DNA from: Candidatus Obscuribacterales bacterium
Lineage (GTDB): Bacteria > Cyanobacteriota > Vampirovibrionia > Obscuribacterales > Obscuribacteraceae
NCBI GenBank assembly: GCA_965228855.1
Contig: CBDDIJ010000003.1
Coordinates: forward strand, 1 to 64,000
Length of the DNA stretch: 64,000 nt
Direction: 5' to 3'
Both the position numbers and the translations under genes were made by a program. Positions 18,419-28,777 of the stretch are shown in pieces (position 1 is the first letter of the stretch; every line of letters starts with the position of its first letter). The notes under the pieces were generated by a model, which searched no databases, was not told the origin of the DNA, and was given only the letters and a program-made list of their open reading frames with translations.

Positions 18419-19441
18419 ATGGCAAGCCAATCTTCCGAGTCGCTTGCCTATGTCCCTTATCATTTGTTGAATGATAAACCGAACATAATTGTCGATGGCA
18501 GCGGCAACGAGTACACGCGCCTGACTCTGTCGCACTGGCCTGGCAACCAGACTCCGAGCCAATTCAAGGCAGATCTGTCCGCGGAGATAGTTTTCAACTT
18601 TCTAGATTCCGGCGAAATTCCTGATGGCGTAAATGCTGTTTCCAACAATCACTTTGATGAAGACGGGCTGATTTCAATGTACTCGCTTATGAATCCTGAG
18701 GATGCTCAGGAGATGCGCGAGTTTCTCATCGACGTTGCCCGAGCCGGCGACTTTGGGATGTGTTATGACCGTGATGCTGCACGTGTTTCGTTTGTTGTAA
18801 ACGCCTGGACTGATCCCGATCGGTCGCCATTGAATAGAACCATGTTTAGTGGCACGCATGAGCAACTCGATGCCACCCTTTATGAGGAACTCCTGGTTAG
18901 ACTGCCAAACATCATTAATCGCCTGGGGAGCTTCGAAGAATTCTGGAAAGCTGATGATGCTTTTATGGACCTCACCGAAGATTCGTGCGACAAAGGACTT
19001 ATCGAAATCGAAGAAGACAAGGACAACGATCTGGCAATTGTCATAATTCCGGATGGAGGCATTCACGGGCAGGGACGTCCGCCGAGTCACTCTAAAAGTT
19101 GGATCAGCACTCTGTGTCACCCGATGGCAATTCACAATCGAATCGGCTGCCACCGCGTCCTCGTCGTTCAACAGCGCAAATATCAGTTCTATTATCGCTA
19201 TGAAAGCTGGGTTGACTATCAATCTAAGCCAATTTTGCCGCGGGTGGATCTGACCGACTTCGCTGCTCGATTGAATGAACTGGAGCGAGGTGGCACGCGT
19301 TGGAAGTTTAGTGGAGTAGATGACATCATCGGTCGTTTAAGCATGACTGAAAGGACTGACAGTAAAATTTCACCGTTGCAATTCGTCGATTTGCTGAAAA
19401 GCGCATTGTGCTCGCCGACCGCCGCAGGCAAAGGAATTTAG
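18419..19441 (+). CDS. Conserved protein, DUF6687-like (DHH/phosphoesterase-like motifs)
   Basis: IIVDG...LTLSHWPG, NNHFDEDGL, GDFG and YRYESWV motifs. Confidence 0.7.
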   Translation: MASQSSESLAYVPYHLLNDKPNIIVDGSGNEYTRLTLSHWPGNQTPSQFKADLSAEIVFNFLDSGEIPDGVNAVSNNHFDEDGLISMYSLMNPEDAQEMREFLIDVARAGDFGMCYDRDAARVSFVVNAWTDPDRSPLNRTMFSGTHEQLDATLYEELLVRLPNIINRLGSFEEFWKADDAFMDLTEDSCDKGLIEIEEDKDNDLAIVIIPDGGIHGQGRPPSHSKSWISTLCHPMAIHNRIGCHRVLVVQQRKYQFYYRYESWVDYQSKPILPRVDLTDFAARLNELERGGTRWKFSGVDDIIGRLSMTERTDSKISPLQFVDLLKSALCSPTAAGKGI

Positions 19442-19443
19442 CA

Positions 19444-20079
19444 ATGCCTGACAAAGTAAAGAGCAGCTGGTTCTCTCGGTTAGTTGGTCCGGAAAACGAC
19501 TTCTACAGCATGCTGACGGAGCAGGCAAAAATTACTCTTGAAGGCATTGAAGCTCTTGAGATATGGCTTAGTGCAGGTTCTCTAGAGCGCTGTCAGACGG
19601 TTCGTGACCTCGAACACAAAGCTGACGCTCACAAATTGCGTCTCGAAAAAATGCTTGTAGAGTCGCTTATAACGCCGATTGATCGAGAAGACATTTACGA
19701 TCTATCGCATCGCCTTGACGAAGTGATCAATTCCGCGAAGAGGACAGTGCGTGAGATGGAAGCGCTGCAAGTTACTGCCGAGGGCACCGCTTTAAGCAAG
19801 ATGGCTGCTTCGTTAGTAGATGGTTCGAGATGCTTGTTGGTTTCATTCACGAATTTAAATGCTGATTTGAGTGAAGCCGCTAACCAGGCAAGCCTGGCTA
19901 GGAAAACGGATAACAAGTTGGAAAAGCTATACCGAAAGGCGATGCCGGAGTTGTTCGAAATCGATGATCTAAAGCGAATTATGAAGACCGGCGAAGTTTA
20001 TCGCACCATGCTTGCTAGCGGTCAAAAAATTGAATACGTTGGAGAAAAACTTTCGCACGTGATCGTAAAGATGCGATAG
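19444..20079 (+). CDS. DUF47 family phosphate transport regulator
   Basis: LEHKAD...LITPIDREDIYDLS motif; adjacent to a PiT transporter. Confidence 0.9.
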   Translation: MPDKVKSSWFSRLVGPENDFYSMLTEQAKITLEGIEALEIWLSAGSLERCQTVRDLEHKADAHKLRLEKMLVESLITPIDREDIYDLSHRLDEVINSAKRTVREMEALQVTAEGTALSKMAASLVDGSRCLLVSFTNLNADLSEAANQASLARKTDNKLEKLYRKAMPELFEIDDLKRIMKTGEVYRTMLASGQKIEYVGEKLSHVIVKMR

Positions 20080-20088
20080 GAGGCATCG

Positions 20089-21132
20089 GTGACTATCTAT
20101 TTGATGGTAGCGCTGGTGGTGGCTCTTGGACTTTGCTTCACCTACACGAATGGTTTTCAGGACGGCAGTTCTGTGGCGGCCGGCGCGATTGCGTCTCGCG
20201 CGTTCACGCGTCCCCAAGCAGTTTTACTTGTCGCGATATTCGAGTTTCTCGGTGCCATGCTGGGAGGTTCCGCAGTTGCAGGCACGATTTCAGGCATCAC
20301 TAATTGGCCGGCTGATCCGAGCCTTCTTCCGGTTCTCGCTAGTGCGCTTGCCGGAGCTATATTGTGGAATCTTATAACGAAGGTTCTGGGCGTGCCTTCC
20401 AGTTCCACGCACGCCCTGGTTGGTGGCGTACTTGGTGCCGTGCTGGCCGGCGCCGGCGACTTTAGGTATATTATCTGGGGAAGCCCTGGTTTCATCATCA
20501 ACTCGTACGGATTCTGGCGTATCATAATGAGCCTGGTCATCTCGCCGATATTTGGATTTGCAGTCGGTTACGCCCTTTTGCTCTATGCTGTCGCGATTCT
20601 GCGCAGAGCAAGCGCGGAGTTGAATGAAACGTTGAAAAGCTGGCAGTTTGTTGCAGTGCCGATGCTTGCCTTCGGTCATGGTGCCAACGACAGTCAAAAG
20701 ACGATGGGAATTATCGTTCTGTCTCTTTACGCCGCTGGCCTTGGTGTAAAACATGAGGTTCCACTCTGGGTTCGATTAATTACTGCTGTCGCTCTGACAC
20801 TAGGGGTGGTGTCGCTCGTTCCACGTATTGTCCGTCGTGTAGGTGGAATTTATAAGTTGAGACCATTGCATGGTCTGGTCGTTGAGGGAGCGTCGGCGCT
20901 TATCGTGCTCGGAGCGTCCGCTACGGGCGGACCGCTGGCGGCCTCACAGGTGATCGCGTCTACCGTAATTGGCGCCGGCACTGCGGAACGAAAAAAGGGC
21001 GTACACTGGATTATCGCTCGTGAAATGGTCCGAGCCTGGTTTCTCACCATACCCTGTTCTGCAACTTTAGCCTGGATTCTTTTTTCGTTGCTTTTTGTTC
21101 ACCTGAATAGCGCATTGCCTCACCTCAGATAG
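20089..21132 (+). CDS. Inorganic phosphate transporter, PiT family
   Basis: TNGFQD, PSSSTHALVGG, HGANDSQKTMG, AWFLTIP. Confidence 0.93.
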   Translation: MTIYLMVALVVALGLCFTYTNGFQDGSSVAAGAIASRAFTRPQAVLLVAIFEFLGAMLGGSAVAGTISGITNWPADPSLLPVLASALAGAILWNLITKVLGVPSSSTHALVGGVLGAVLAGAGDFRYIIWGSPGFIINSYGFWRIIMSLVISPIFGFAVGYALLLYAVAILRRASAELNETLKSWQFVAVPMLAFGHGANDSQKTMGIIVLSLYAAGLGVKHEVPLWVRLITAVALTLGVVSLVPRIVRRVGGIYKLRPLHGLVVEGASALIVLGASATGGPLAASQVIASTVIGAGTAERKKGVHWIIAREMVRAWFLTIPCSATLAWILFSLLFVHLNSALPHLR

Positions 21133-21346
21133 CTGGCCGCTTAACCGCGCCCTGGGTTGGGCCTGGGAGCAACGAATGTATCTCGAACATAGGTTGCAAA
21201 ACTTCGATTAGAAAGGTGTGGGAAGGTTTTAAAAAAGCAGCCGAAAGTCCTTTAGTTCCTTGGGTATAATCGATTTTAGAAGCCTTTTCCCTATCCACTT
21301 CTGGGGCCGGCGCCTATGGCGACCAGCCGTTTCTCAAGGACTTAAT

Positions 21347-22666
21347 ATGCTAAGCAATGCCACGCCGGGCTCGGATGACTGGACTAACATTCAGTGGGAA
21401 GAACTGATCGCCGTTGCTGAAAAAGCAATTGCCAACGAGCAATATCAATCGGCGGAAGCGACCTTGTATACGGCGATGGAGTTGTCGCTTAAATTCGGTG
21501 AGGCCGACGTTCGTTCTGTCTACACGCTCGACAAACTTGCCGAATGTCTCTGGTATGGTGGTCAACTTGATGAAGCTGAAAATTATTGCAAACAGTTATT
21601 GAGAATTCACGAGAGCGTTCTCGACGCGGACCCGCTGAACATCCCCACCTTCTTCAATAATTTGGCATTGATTAAACACGCTGGCAAGCATTTTGACGAG
21701 GCGGAAAAGTATTATAAGCGCGCTCTCAAAGGAAAGGAGAACGTGCTGGGTGCTTCGCACCCAGAAGTATTGCGAATCAAAAGTAATTACGCCGACCTTT
21801 TGCGCGTTCGTGGTCGCGTCGCCGAAGCTCAGCAAATGAGCGCGAGCTCGCGGGTTGTTACTGTGCGAGACTGGCAGTCCAGCACGATCTCGAAGACCTG
21901 GAAAAAGGACAAGGGTGAAGAATCCAAGTTTACTCAGTCCCAGGAAGTGAGAATTAGAGTTTCCGGTGACCGTGATATCAACGAGCGCAAGTCTGTTTCA
22001 TTCTCCCGCGATGAGGCAGTTCTCCTCTGGGATGCGAACAAGCAGGCTGCTGACAAGGCTCAGAACGAGGGCAACTATGAGCTGGCTGAGCGGCACTGGT
22101 TGTTGACCTTGAAGGTTCTTGAAACAGTTGCGGATAAGAGCGTAGAGTTGACTTACACTCTTGATCTTCTTTCTCAACTTGCTCATTTGCGGCATGATTA
22201 TGTTGCCGCTGTCGATTATTGCAAACGTTCTTACGAACTGAAATTGAAAATCTTGGGCGAGCGCAATCCAGTTGTGGCAAAGTGTGCGGACCAGTTGGCG
22301 CGGCTGTTTTACCTCATAAGCGACTACGAGCAGGCAGAGCCATACGCCAAAAAGTGTCTCGATTACTACGAGCAGATGGGCGAGTCGAGCAGCATCGAAG
22401 CCGGATGTGCATTGCACAACCTGGCTACGCTGTATCACGTGCAGCGCAAATTCAACGAAGCGGAGCCGCTGTATAAACGGGCTTTGTTGATTAAAACGAA
22501 AGCATTCGGTGAGGATCACCCTGACACTGTTCGCTTACTTCGGAGTTACGGACATGTGCTGATGAGCACGAATAAGCAAGCTAAAATGGCGCGCTCGGCT
22601 CAGATGATAACCGGCTCGTGGAAAGCCGTGTCATTAAACGAAGCCGAGGCATTGTTGCGCGATTGA
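21347..22666 (+). CDS. TPR protein (kinesin-light-chain-like TPR repeats)
   Basis: NNLALI...AEKYYKRAL...LGASHPE and HNLATLY...AEPLYKRAL...FGEDHPD. Confidence 0.85.
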   Translation: MLSNATPGSDDWTNIQWEELIAVAEKAIANEQYQSAEATLYTAMELSLKFGEADVRSVYTLDKLAECLWYGGQLDEAENYCKQLLRIHESVLDADPLNIPTFFNNLALIKHAGKHFDEAEKYYKRALKGKENVLGASHPEVLRIKSNYADLLRVRGRVAEAQQMSASSRVVTVRDWQSSTISKTWKKDKGEESKFTQSQEVRIRVSGDRDINERKSVSFSRDEAVLLWDANKQAADKAQNEGNYELAERHWLLTLKVLETVADKSVELTYTLDLLSQLAHLRHDYVAAVDYCKRSYELKLKILGERNPVVAKCADQLARLFYLISDYEQAEPYAKKCLDYYEQMGESSSIEAGCALHNLATLYHVQRKFNEAEPLYKRALLIKTKAFGEDHPDTVRLLRSYGHVLMSTNKQAKMARSAQMITGSWKAVSLNEAEALLRD

Positions 22667-22674
22667 AGTCTAAC

Positions 22675-24045
22675 CTACTTAATTTCTGATAGAAGTTTGA
22701 AGTAGTGCACGAAAAGCTTCATGCCTGCTGACGCTTGACCCCAATCAAAATTTTCATTGATAGCGTGGTAGCCGTGCTCAGGTAGTGAGAGTCCGAGGAA
22801 CATAATCGGAACCTGCAGGAGCTCTTGCATCGTCACGACGGCTCCAATGCTTCCGCCTTCACGCACGAATGCCGCTTCTTTGTCGAATGCTAGTTGGAAC
22901 GCTTTCCTGGCTGCATCGGGGAACTTGCCTTCTCGATCGCCAAGATAAGGTTTTAACGCGCCTTTCGTTTCAACTACCGCATCCGGCAACTTCTCCTTCA
23001 CGAAGTCGATGAAGAGTTTAGTTATCTTTTCAGGATCTTGATCGGGAACCAGTCGCATGCTGATTTTTGCTTCGCCTTTGTGCGGCACTATCGTTTTCAC
23101 ACCAGGTCCGGAGTAACCGCCCGTGATACCATGCACTTCAAAGGTCGGCTGAGTCCATACGCGGGCAACACCATCGCGGACATCGTCTGTTCTCAACGAG
23201 TGCAACTCTCTCTTTGCCGCAAAATCATCGAGTTCGAATCCGGACTTGATGAAGTCATCGAGTTCAGCTTCAGATGTCTTTCTCACATCATCGTAGAATC
23301 CTGGAATTTTTACCTTGCCGGTTTTTGCATCGACGCATTCATTGATGAGCCACGCCAACTCAGCCAGAGGGTTGCGTGCCAGTCCACCGACTTCGCCGGA
23401 GTGAACGTCTTTTGCAGCCACTTTCAGGGTGACTAGAAAGGCTTGTAGCCCTCGCAGTCCGTAAGAAATAGCCGGTCGATCCGCTGAAATCCAGATCGTG
23501 TCGGAAACGACAACAGAGTCCGATTTTAATTTGTCTTTGTTCTTCTCTACGAATTCGTGGAATGACGGACTTCCGATCTCTTCCTCGAGCTCCCAGCAGA
23601 ATTTGATGTTGATTGGAAATTTGTTGTCAAACGCATATTTCGCGGCGTATAGAACAGAGAGGGCGGGACCTTTATCGTCGGTGGTTCCGCGTCCTAGATA
23701 CTTGTCGCCATCGATTTTCATGTGAAACGGATGCGAGTGCCATTCCATATGATCGGCTGGTTGCACGTCGATGTGGTTGTAAACCATAACAGTCGGGTCT
23801 TTATCGCCGGCTTTGAACTCGCCGATTACAACAGGTTTTCCCTTTGTTTGAATAATTTCGGCGCTCGCTCCCATGCTCTTCAAAAGCTCAGTCGCTTTCT
23901 CTGCCATGGCTGTGATGTCCGTTTCATGCGCGGGATCCATGCTGACACTGGGAATGTCCACCCACTCCTGAAGCTTGGCTTCGTAAGTCTTTCTTGTCGC
24001 GCTGATGTAATCGGTCAGGCGATCCAATTGCACTTCTACTGTCAT
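22675..24045 (-). CDS. M20 family metallo-dipeptidase
   Basis: YNHIDVQP, GRGTTDDKG, EEEIGS, HAINENF. Confidence 0.93.
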   Translation of the reverse strand: MTVEVQLDRLTDYISATRKTYEAKLQEWVDIPSVSMDPAHETDITAMAEKATELLKSMGASAEIIQTKGKPVVIGEFKAGDKDPTVMVYNHIDVQPADHMEWHSHPFHMKIDGDKYLGRGTTDDKGPALSVLYAAKYAFDNKFPINIKFCWELEEEIGSPSFHEFVEKNKDKLKSDSVVVSDTIWISADRPAISYGLRGLQAFLVTLKVAAKDVHSGEVGGLARNPLAELAWLINECVDAKTGKVKIPGFYDDVRKTSEAELDDFIKSGFELDDFAAKRELHSLRTDDVRDGVARVWTQPTFEVHGITGGYSGPGVKTIVPHKGEAKISMRLVPDQDPEKITKLFIDFVKEKLPDAVVETKGALKPYLGDREGKFPDAARKAFQLAFDKEAAFVREGGSIGAVVTMQELLQVPIMFLGLSLPEHGYHAINENFDWGQASAGMKLFVHYFKLLSEIK

Positions 24046-24271
24046 TTTGAACCTCGCAAATCTGGAGTGTCGCGAAAGTCGTCATCCCTTGCTACGGCGA
24101 CGACCTGTCACCGACGCCGGAATACACGAGCGCGTTGAACACGAAACAACCTCTCAATGGTCCGCGATCGAAGCTGTAATTTCAATGTTTGACAAGTGGA
24201 TCTTCTGTCTGTGGCCGCGCGTTTCGGAAGTAAACAAGATTGCTGCGGCTCGCCTCGATTATCCTGATTGT

Positions 24272-25783
24272 TTAAACGGGTATGTCCGCGTCCAACTCGG
24301 CAGCTTTGCGTCCGCGATCTTCGTTGACTCTCAATAACAGCAGAAAGCCGATTATGAAAAAGACCACGCAAGAAGTAAGCGCAACTCTGAAATTGTCACC
24401 ACTTACCATCGCTACGCCGCCAAAAGTGAGCGCACCAATGGCGGTGGCTAATTTATGCGCGACGCCCCAGAGACCTAGGAATTCTCCTGATCGCCCTTTA
24501 GGAGAGAACTGCCCGACAAGAGCGCGCCCTGCCGATCCTGTGGCACCCATGGCGATGCCGACTCCGTTGGCTGCCACCCAGAGATGCCACTTCTCCTGTG
24601 CGAGAACGGCGATTATCGTCGCTATTGTCCAGATACCCAGAGCCGTCCCGATTGTTTTAATCGACCCGATTCGGTCTTGAATGTAACCGAAAATTCCGGC
24701 TCCGATTGCAGCTGTTACTGACACCAGGAGAACCATGAGAATCGATTCTTGCGAAGTGAATTTCAAAACCGCCTGTGCGTAGACTGAAGCCAGGTGAATG
24801 ACCGTGGTTGTTCCACAACTGTAAATGAACAGCGTCAGCAAGAAGTTGAACAAGTCCCGATAGTGACGCGCATGACTGACGGTATGCGCGAGTCGTTGAA
24901 AGCCCGTTTTGAGGTATCCTTTAGCACTGGCTGCCGGGTCAGGTTTAGCGCGTTCTTTTAAAAACGCGAATGTCGGCACCGAGAAGAGCGCGAACATTCC
25001 GGCACAAATCAACATAGTCTCGGGGACGTATTGGGTTTCAAGCTGATTTATTGATTTTGCCCATTGGATAAACGCGAACGCCAATCCCAGGGCAATTAGA
25101 CTTCCAACATAGCCTGCCGCCCAGCCGATAGCCGAGACCTTGCCCATGTTTTCTCGCGTGGCAAGTTCTGGTAGGAACGAGGCGATCAAATCCTCGCCAG
25201 TGCCGAAAAATGTGTTGGCCAGATAAAGGGCGAGCATGCCGAACCAGATTTGTCCTGGTTCGATAAAGCCGAGGCTGGCAGTACAGGCGATGCAAAGCGC
25301 GGTCGAAATGAATAAGAGTTTCTTCTTGGCGGCTGTGGCGTCAGCAATGGTTCCGACGATGGGCGCGGTCAAAACGATGCTGAATGCGGATAAGCAGATT
25401 ACGATTGTGAGTAGGACAGTGCCCGACAGGTGGAGATTTGTGAACCAGCTAGAGGCCGCAGACGGGGCGCAGATCGTATTAACAAAGTAAGCATTGTAAA
25501 TCGCTGTAGCGACGACCGTGCCGTAGGTAGCGTTGGCGATGTCGTACGAAGCCCAGGCTACAATTTCTCCCTTGCCTGCCGGGGCAACCTCCGTGACCGG
25601 TGCGCCGGATTTAACCTGGTCGCTGTTGGTCAAGACTGCTCCATTGTTGCTCACCGTGGCTCCTTCCAGAATCGAGACGCTCAGAATCTCGTCGTTTGCC
25701 ACATGAACCGAAGTCGGAATTTCCGGGGACGTCGTCATGTGCAAGGAATCCTTATTCTGGCTCTTTGGCTCTAAGTCTTCCAT
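24272..25783 (-). CDS. MFS transporter (UMF1/ATG22-like)
   Basis: WASYDIAN, about 12 TM helices, GKVSAIGWAAGYVG, GEFLGLW. Confidence 0.88.
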   Translation of the reverse strand: MEDLEPKSQNKDSLHMTTSPEIPTSVHVANDEILSVSILEGATVSNNGAVLTNSDQVKSGAPVTEVAPAGKGEIVAWASYDIANATYGTVVATAIYNAYFVNTICAPSAASSWFTNLHLSGTVLLTIVICLSAFSIVLTAPIVGTIADATAAKKKLLFISTALCIACTASLGFIEPGQIWFGMLALYLANTFFGTGEDLIASFLPELATRENMGKVSAIGWAAGYVGSLIALGLAFAFIQWAKSINQLETQYVPETMLICAGMFALFSVPTFAFLKERAKPDPAASAKGYLKTGFQRLAHTVSHARHYRDLFNFLLTLFIYSCGTTTVIHLASVYAQAVLKFTSQESILMVLLVSVTAAIGAGIFGYIQDRIGSIKTIGTALGIWTIATIIAVLAQEKWHLWVAANGVGIAMGATGSAGRALVGQFSPKGRSGEFLGLWGVAHKLATAIGALTFGGVAMVSGDNFRVALTSCVVFFIIGFLLLLRVNEDRGRKAAELDADIPV

Positions 25784-25936
25784 TTTCGATCTTTTGTTCC
25801 TGGAAAACCCTGACTATCGCCTAATTATTCGCACCGCAAGCTTGCAGAATGCCACCACTGCACGATCTTTGCTCGATGAATTCTTTTAGAGAATCAGGGA
25901 GCCTGATGTATATATTATCTGCTATTTCAGAGGAAG

Positions 25937-27109
25937 TTAGTTGCTTTCGTGAACAGGGCTACGTTCGACCATTGTTAGCGAAACGCCCCGGCCGGCCATC
26001 TCGGCGAGGAACAGCTTAACTGGAACCGCCAATTCCTGACGCAAAACGCCGCGCTCGGTGATGTCTCCGCGCGCGATCATCTGGGCGATGATCGATGCAG
26101 GGAACGCCGTCATTTTTGCCATGGCGGACAAGCAATTCGCTTCGTCGCCGTAGTCGATACATTCCCAAACGTGCTGAATCGGTTTTCTCTCTTTGACACC
26201 AGTGACGGTGACTCGCAAGAGCACCATATCCGGTTCTTCGGTCGAAAGTTTTTCGGTTAACTTCTCTTTGATGATATCGCACGGAACTACTTCGGCTCCC
26301 GACGACAGTTTTAATGGCTCGGAGCTGAACAGATCTAGTGCCTTGAGCACCTTCATCTGGTCGCAATGTCCGGGATAGCGAATGGTTTTATAGTCGAGGT
26401 GTTGGACTTTGTCTTTATATGTCTGGTGCAAAGTCCCTATGCCACCCGATGTATTGAAGGCTTCGAGCTTGCCGATTGGTTTAGGAAATTCAAGTGATTC
26501 CAGATCCGTTAGAGCAGGCACTTTGTAAACCTTGCCATCACGGATGATGGCACAGTCGCCCAGATATTCGTTTAACAAACCGTCGATGGAGCCAGTCAGA
26601 GCGTAGTTCATGAACAGACCGTCCGGCTCAATCGGCAAACTGCCTACGCGAATTCGAATTTCATAAAGTTCGTCAAACGACTCCGCTGCGCAATGCGCGA
26701 GAATTGCTGCCATACCAGGCGCCAAGCCCAGGTTCGGAATTATAGTTACGCCCTGTTCTTTGGCAACTTCATCGAGGTTGAACTGTTTCTTCAACGTGAT
26801 TTCGTCGCCGCCGAGATCGACAAAATGGGACTTTGCTTGCAGCGCAATTTTTGCGAGATCGTAGTTGTGGTTGAACGTCACGCAACTGATGGTCACATCG
26901 GCGCTATTCATCAGCTCGGCGATGTATTCCTCGTTGTCGACATCGAGTTCGATTGGCACGACTTTTTCGTCGGTGAGGCGCTGCTGTACCATCTCGACTC
27001 TTTTGACGTCGCGATCAGCGACGATTACCTTTTCGACGCGCGGGCTTCTAATTAAATCGTACGCAACCGCATAGCCTACGCGACCAGCACCGAGAACCAA
27101 AAATTTCAC
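25937..27109 (-). CDS. Saccharopine dehydrogenase family oxidoreductase
   Basis: VLGAGRVG Rossmann motif, DLGG, GLAPG, YKTIRYPGH, AMAKMTAFP. Confidence 0.9.
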   Translation of the reverse strand: MKFLVLGAGRVGYAVAYDLIRSPRVEKVIVADRDVKRVEMVQQRLTDEKVVPIELDVDNEEYIAELMNSADVTISCVTFNHNYDLAKIALQAKSHFVDLGGDEITLKKQFNLDEVAKEQGVTIIPNLGLAPGMAAILAHCAAESFDELYEIRIRVGSLPIEPDGLFMNYALTGSIDGLLNEYLGDCAIIRDGKVYKVPALTDLESLEFPKPIGKLEAFNTSGGIGTLHQTYKDKVQHLDYKTIRYPGHCDQMKVLKALDLFSSEPLKLSSGAEVVPCDIIKEKLTEKLSTEEPDMVLLRVTVTGVKERKPIQHVWECIDYGDEANCLSAMAKMTAFPASIIAQMIARGDITERGVLRQELAVPVKLFLAEMAGRGVSLTMVERSPVHESN

Positions 27110-27167
27110 GTCGACCCCCAATTAACTACTCGGTCAGAATCATGGAATGATACCATCTCGCGGCATG

Positions 27168-27959
27168 TCAGTAGGTCGACCTTCTCTTGCCGCCATCTAT
27201 ACAAATTGTCGAGCCGGTCACATAGGACGCCCGGTCCGAGCACAGAAAGGCAGCCACTGCCGCAAACTCTTCCGGAGTGCCCATCCTGCCCATCGGAATC
27301 GCCGCCAGATAGCTCTTAAGATACTCTTCCTTGCTTTGTCCGGTTTTCGCTATTCTCGCCTGCATTAGCTCTTCGAGGCGTTCGGTCGCGATGGCGCCGG
27401 GCGCCAGGCAGTTTATCGTGACATTCGAGCTGGCCAGCTCGTCCGATAACGTCTTGAGCATCGAAGTAACGCCGGATCTCATGGCGTTGGAAACCGCTAG
27501 ATTGGCAATCGGTTCCAGCACGCTCAGGGAAGTAACACAAATTACCCGCCCCCAATTCTGTTCCTTCATATGTGGCAAAAACGCCTCATTAAGCTGCGCA
27601 GTCATTTGAAACAGCCGCGAGAAACCGCTCTCCCAATCGTCAAGGGTGGTCTCCATGGCACTTGACGGTTTCGGTCCACCGGTGTTGAGAACCAGAATGT
27701 CGATTCCGCCGTGCTTCTCCTTGACCGATTTGATCAACTGGTCGCGCTCGGTGGAACTGGTCAGGTCGCAGGCGTGGTGGTGAACAGTCGCTTTGGTTTC
27801 CTTGCGAATTTCTGCGGCGACCTCCTCCAGAACCTTTTCCTGACGTGCGCAGAGAATTGGTTCCGCCCCTTCGCGCGCCAATTCCAGGGCGATCGCCTTG
27901 CCAATACCCTTGGAAGCGCCGCACACCAGTGCCTTCTTACCTTTTATGCCGAAATCCAT
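27168..27959 (-). CDS. SDR family oxidoreductase (FabG-like)
   Basis: ALVCGASKGIG, NTGGP, GRMGTPEE, IDGG. Start placed at MDFGIKG. Confidence 0.9.
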   Translation of the reverse strand: MDFGIKGKKALVCGASKGIGKAIALELAREGAEPILCARQEKVLEEVAAEIRKETKATVHHHACDLTSSTERDQLIKSVKEKHGGIDILVLNTGGPKPSSAMETTLDDWESGFSRLFQMTAQLNEAFLPHMKEQNWGRVICVTSLSVLEPIANLAVSNAMRSGVTSMLKTLSDELASSNVTINCLAPGAIATERLEELMQARIAKTGQSKEEYLKSYLAAIPMGRMGTPEEFAAVAAFLCSDRASYVTGSTICIDGGKRRSTY

Positions 27960-28025
27960 CCTGACATCTCCGTTTTTCCGTCTTGATATATTACATATGT
28001 GCGTGATGTTTGTTCGAGGTGTGTG

Positions 28026-28691
28026 ATGGGCGGTGACGATCTCGGTTTCCCTTCGGAACCGGACTTCGAGGACGGTGGACCGCCGCCCAAACCTTTCGTG
28101 CCGCCCGAATTGCAGAGCGCCGGACCGCAAAAAAGATTTACGCCAAAACCCAAACCGCTTTTGCAGTATCAAGGTAGGACGATTGTTCGCGACCAGGGAC
28201 GAATCGCCTATCTCATGTTGCCGAATAAATTCGAGTTACGCGATTCGAGTGAAACCGACCGCTATAGACGGTTTGACTACATGATTCCAAATTATGATTC
28301 TATGCGAATCGGTTATTGGGACTGGAACAATGAGAATTCGAGAGTCGGCGAGGATATTGGCGCGGAATTTATGGCGCTGCTGGCTACGAGTCCTCATGAC
28401 CTGAGCGACGATGAAATCGCTGTGGCAGAAGAGGTGATACCACTCGACCTCTATGGTTACAGCACCGACTACGATTTGCTGAGTTTGCGCACTGAAAGTT
28501 TTGGTGGAATGAACTGTCTGGTGATGGAAACAAAATGGTGGAATCAGGATTTAAAAGCGACCGGTTTGTTTTTCCCCTCCGATGCGACAGGTCGTGGCGT
28601 CGAATCGGTGCACTTCGAGGGCAGCGAATTTGACTATAGGAAAACATGGTTGTCCGCAAAAGCCGCATTCCTGCGCATAAAGTGGAAATGA
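28026..28691 (+). CDS. Hypothetical protein with a Pro-rich N-terminus
   Basis: Open frame with protein-like composition and a GAGGT ribosome-binding site; no recognised motif. Confidence 0.65.
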   Translation: MGGDDLGFPSEPDFEDGGPPPKPFVPPELQSAGPQKRFTPKPKPLLQYQGRTIVRDQGRIAYLMLPNKFELRDSSETDRYRRFDYMIPNYDSMRIGYWDWNNENSRVGEDIGAEFMALLATSPHDLSDDEIAVAEEVIPLDLYGYSTDYDLLSLRTESFGGMNCLVMETKWWNQDLKATGLFFPSDATGRGVESVHFEGSEFDYRKTWLSAKAAFLRIKWK

Positions 28692-28777
28692 GCCCTGACC
28701 TAACAGTGACGAAACTGTTTTGCGCGTCGTTCAGCTAGGCTTGCCGGCCCTTAACCTGAAAAGGTCAGGGGGCAAAA

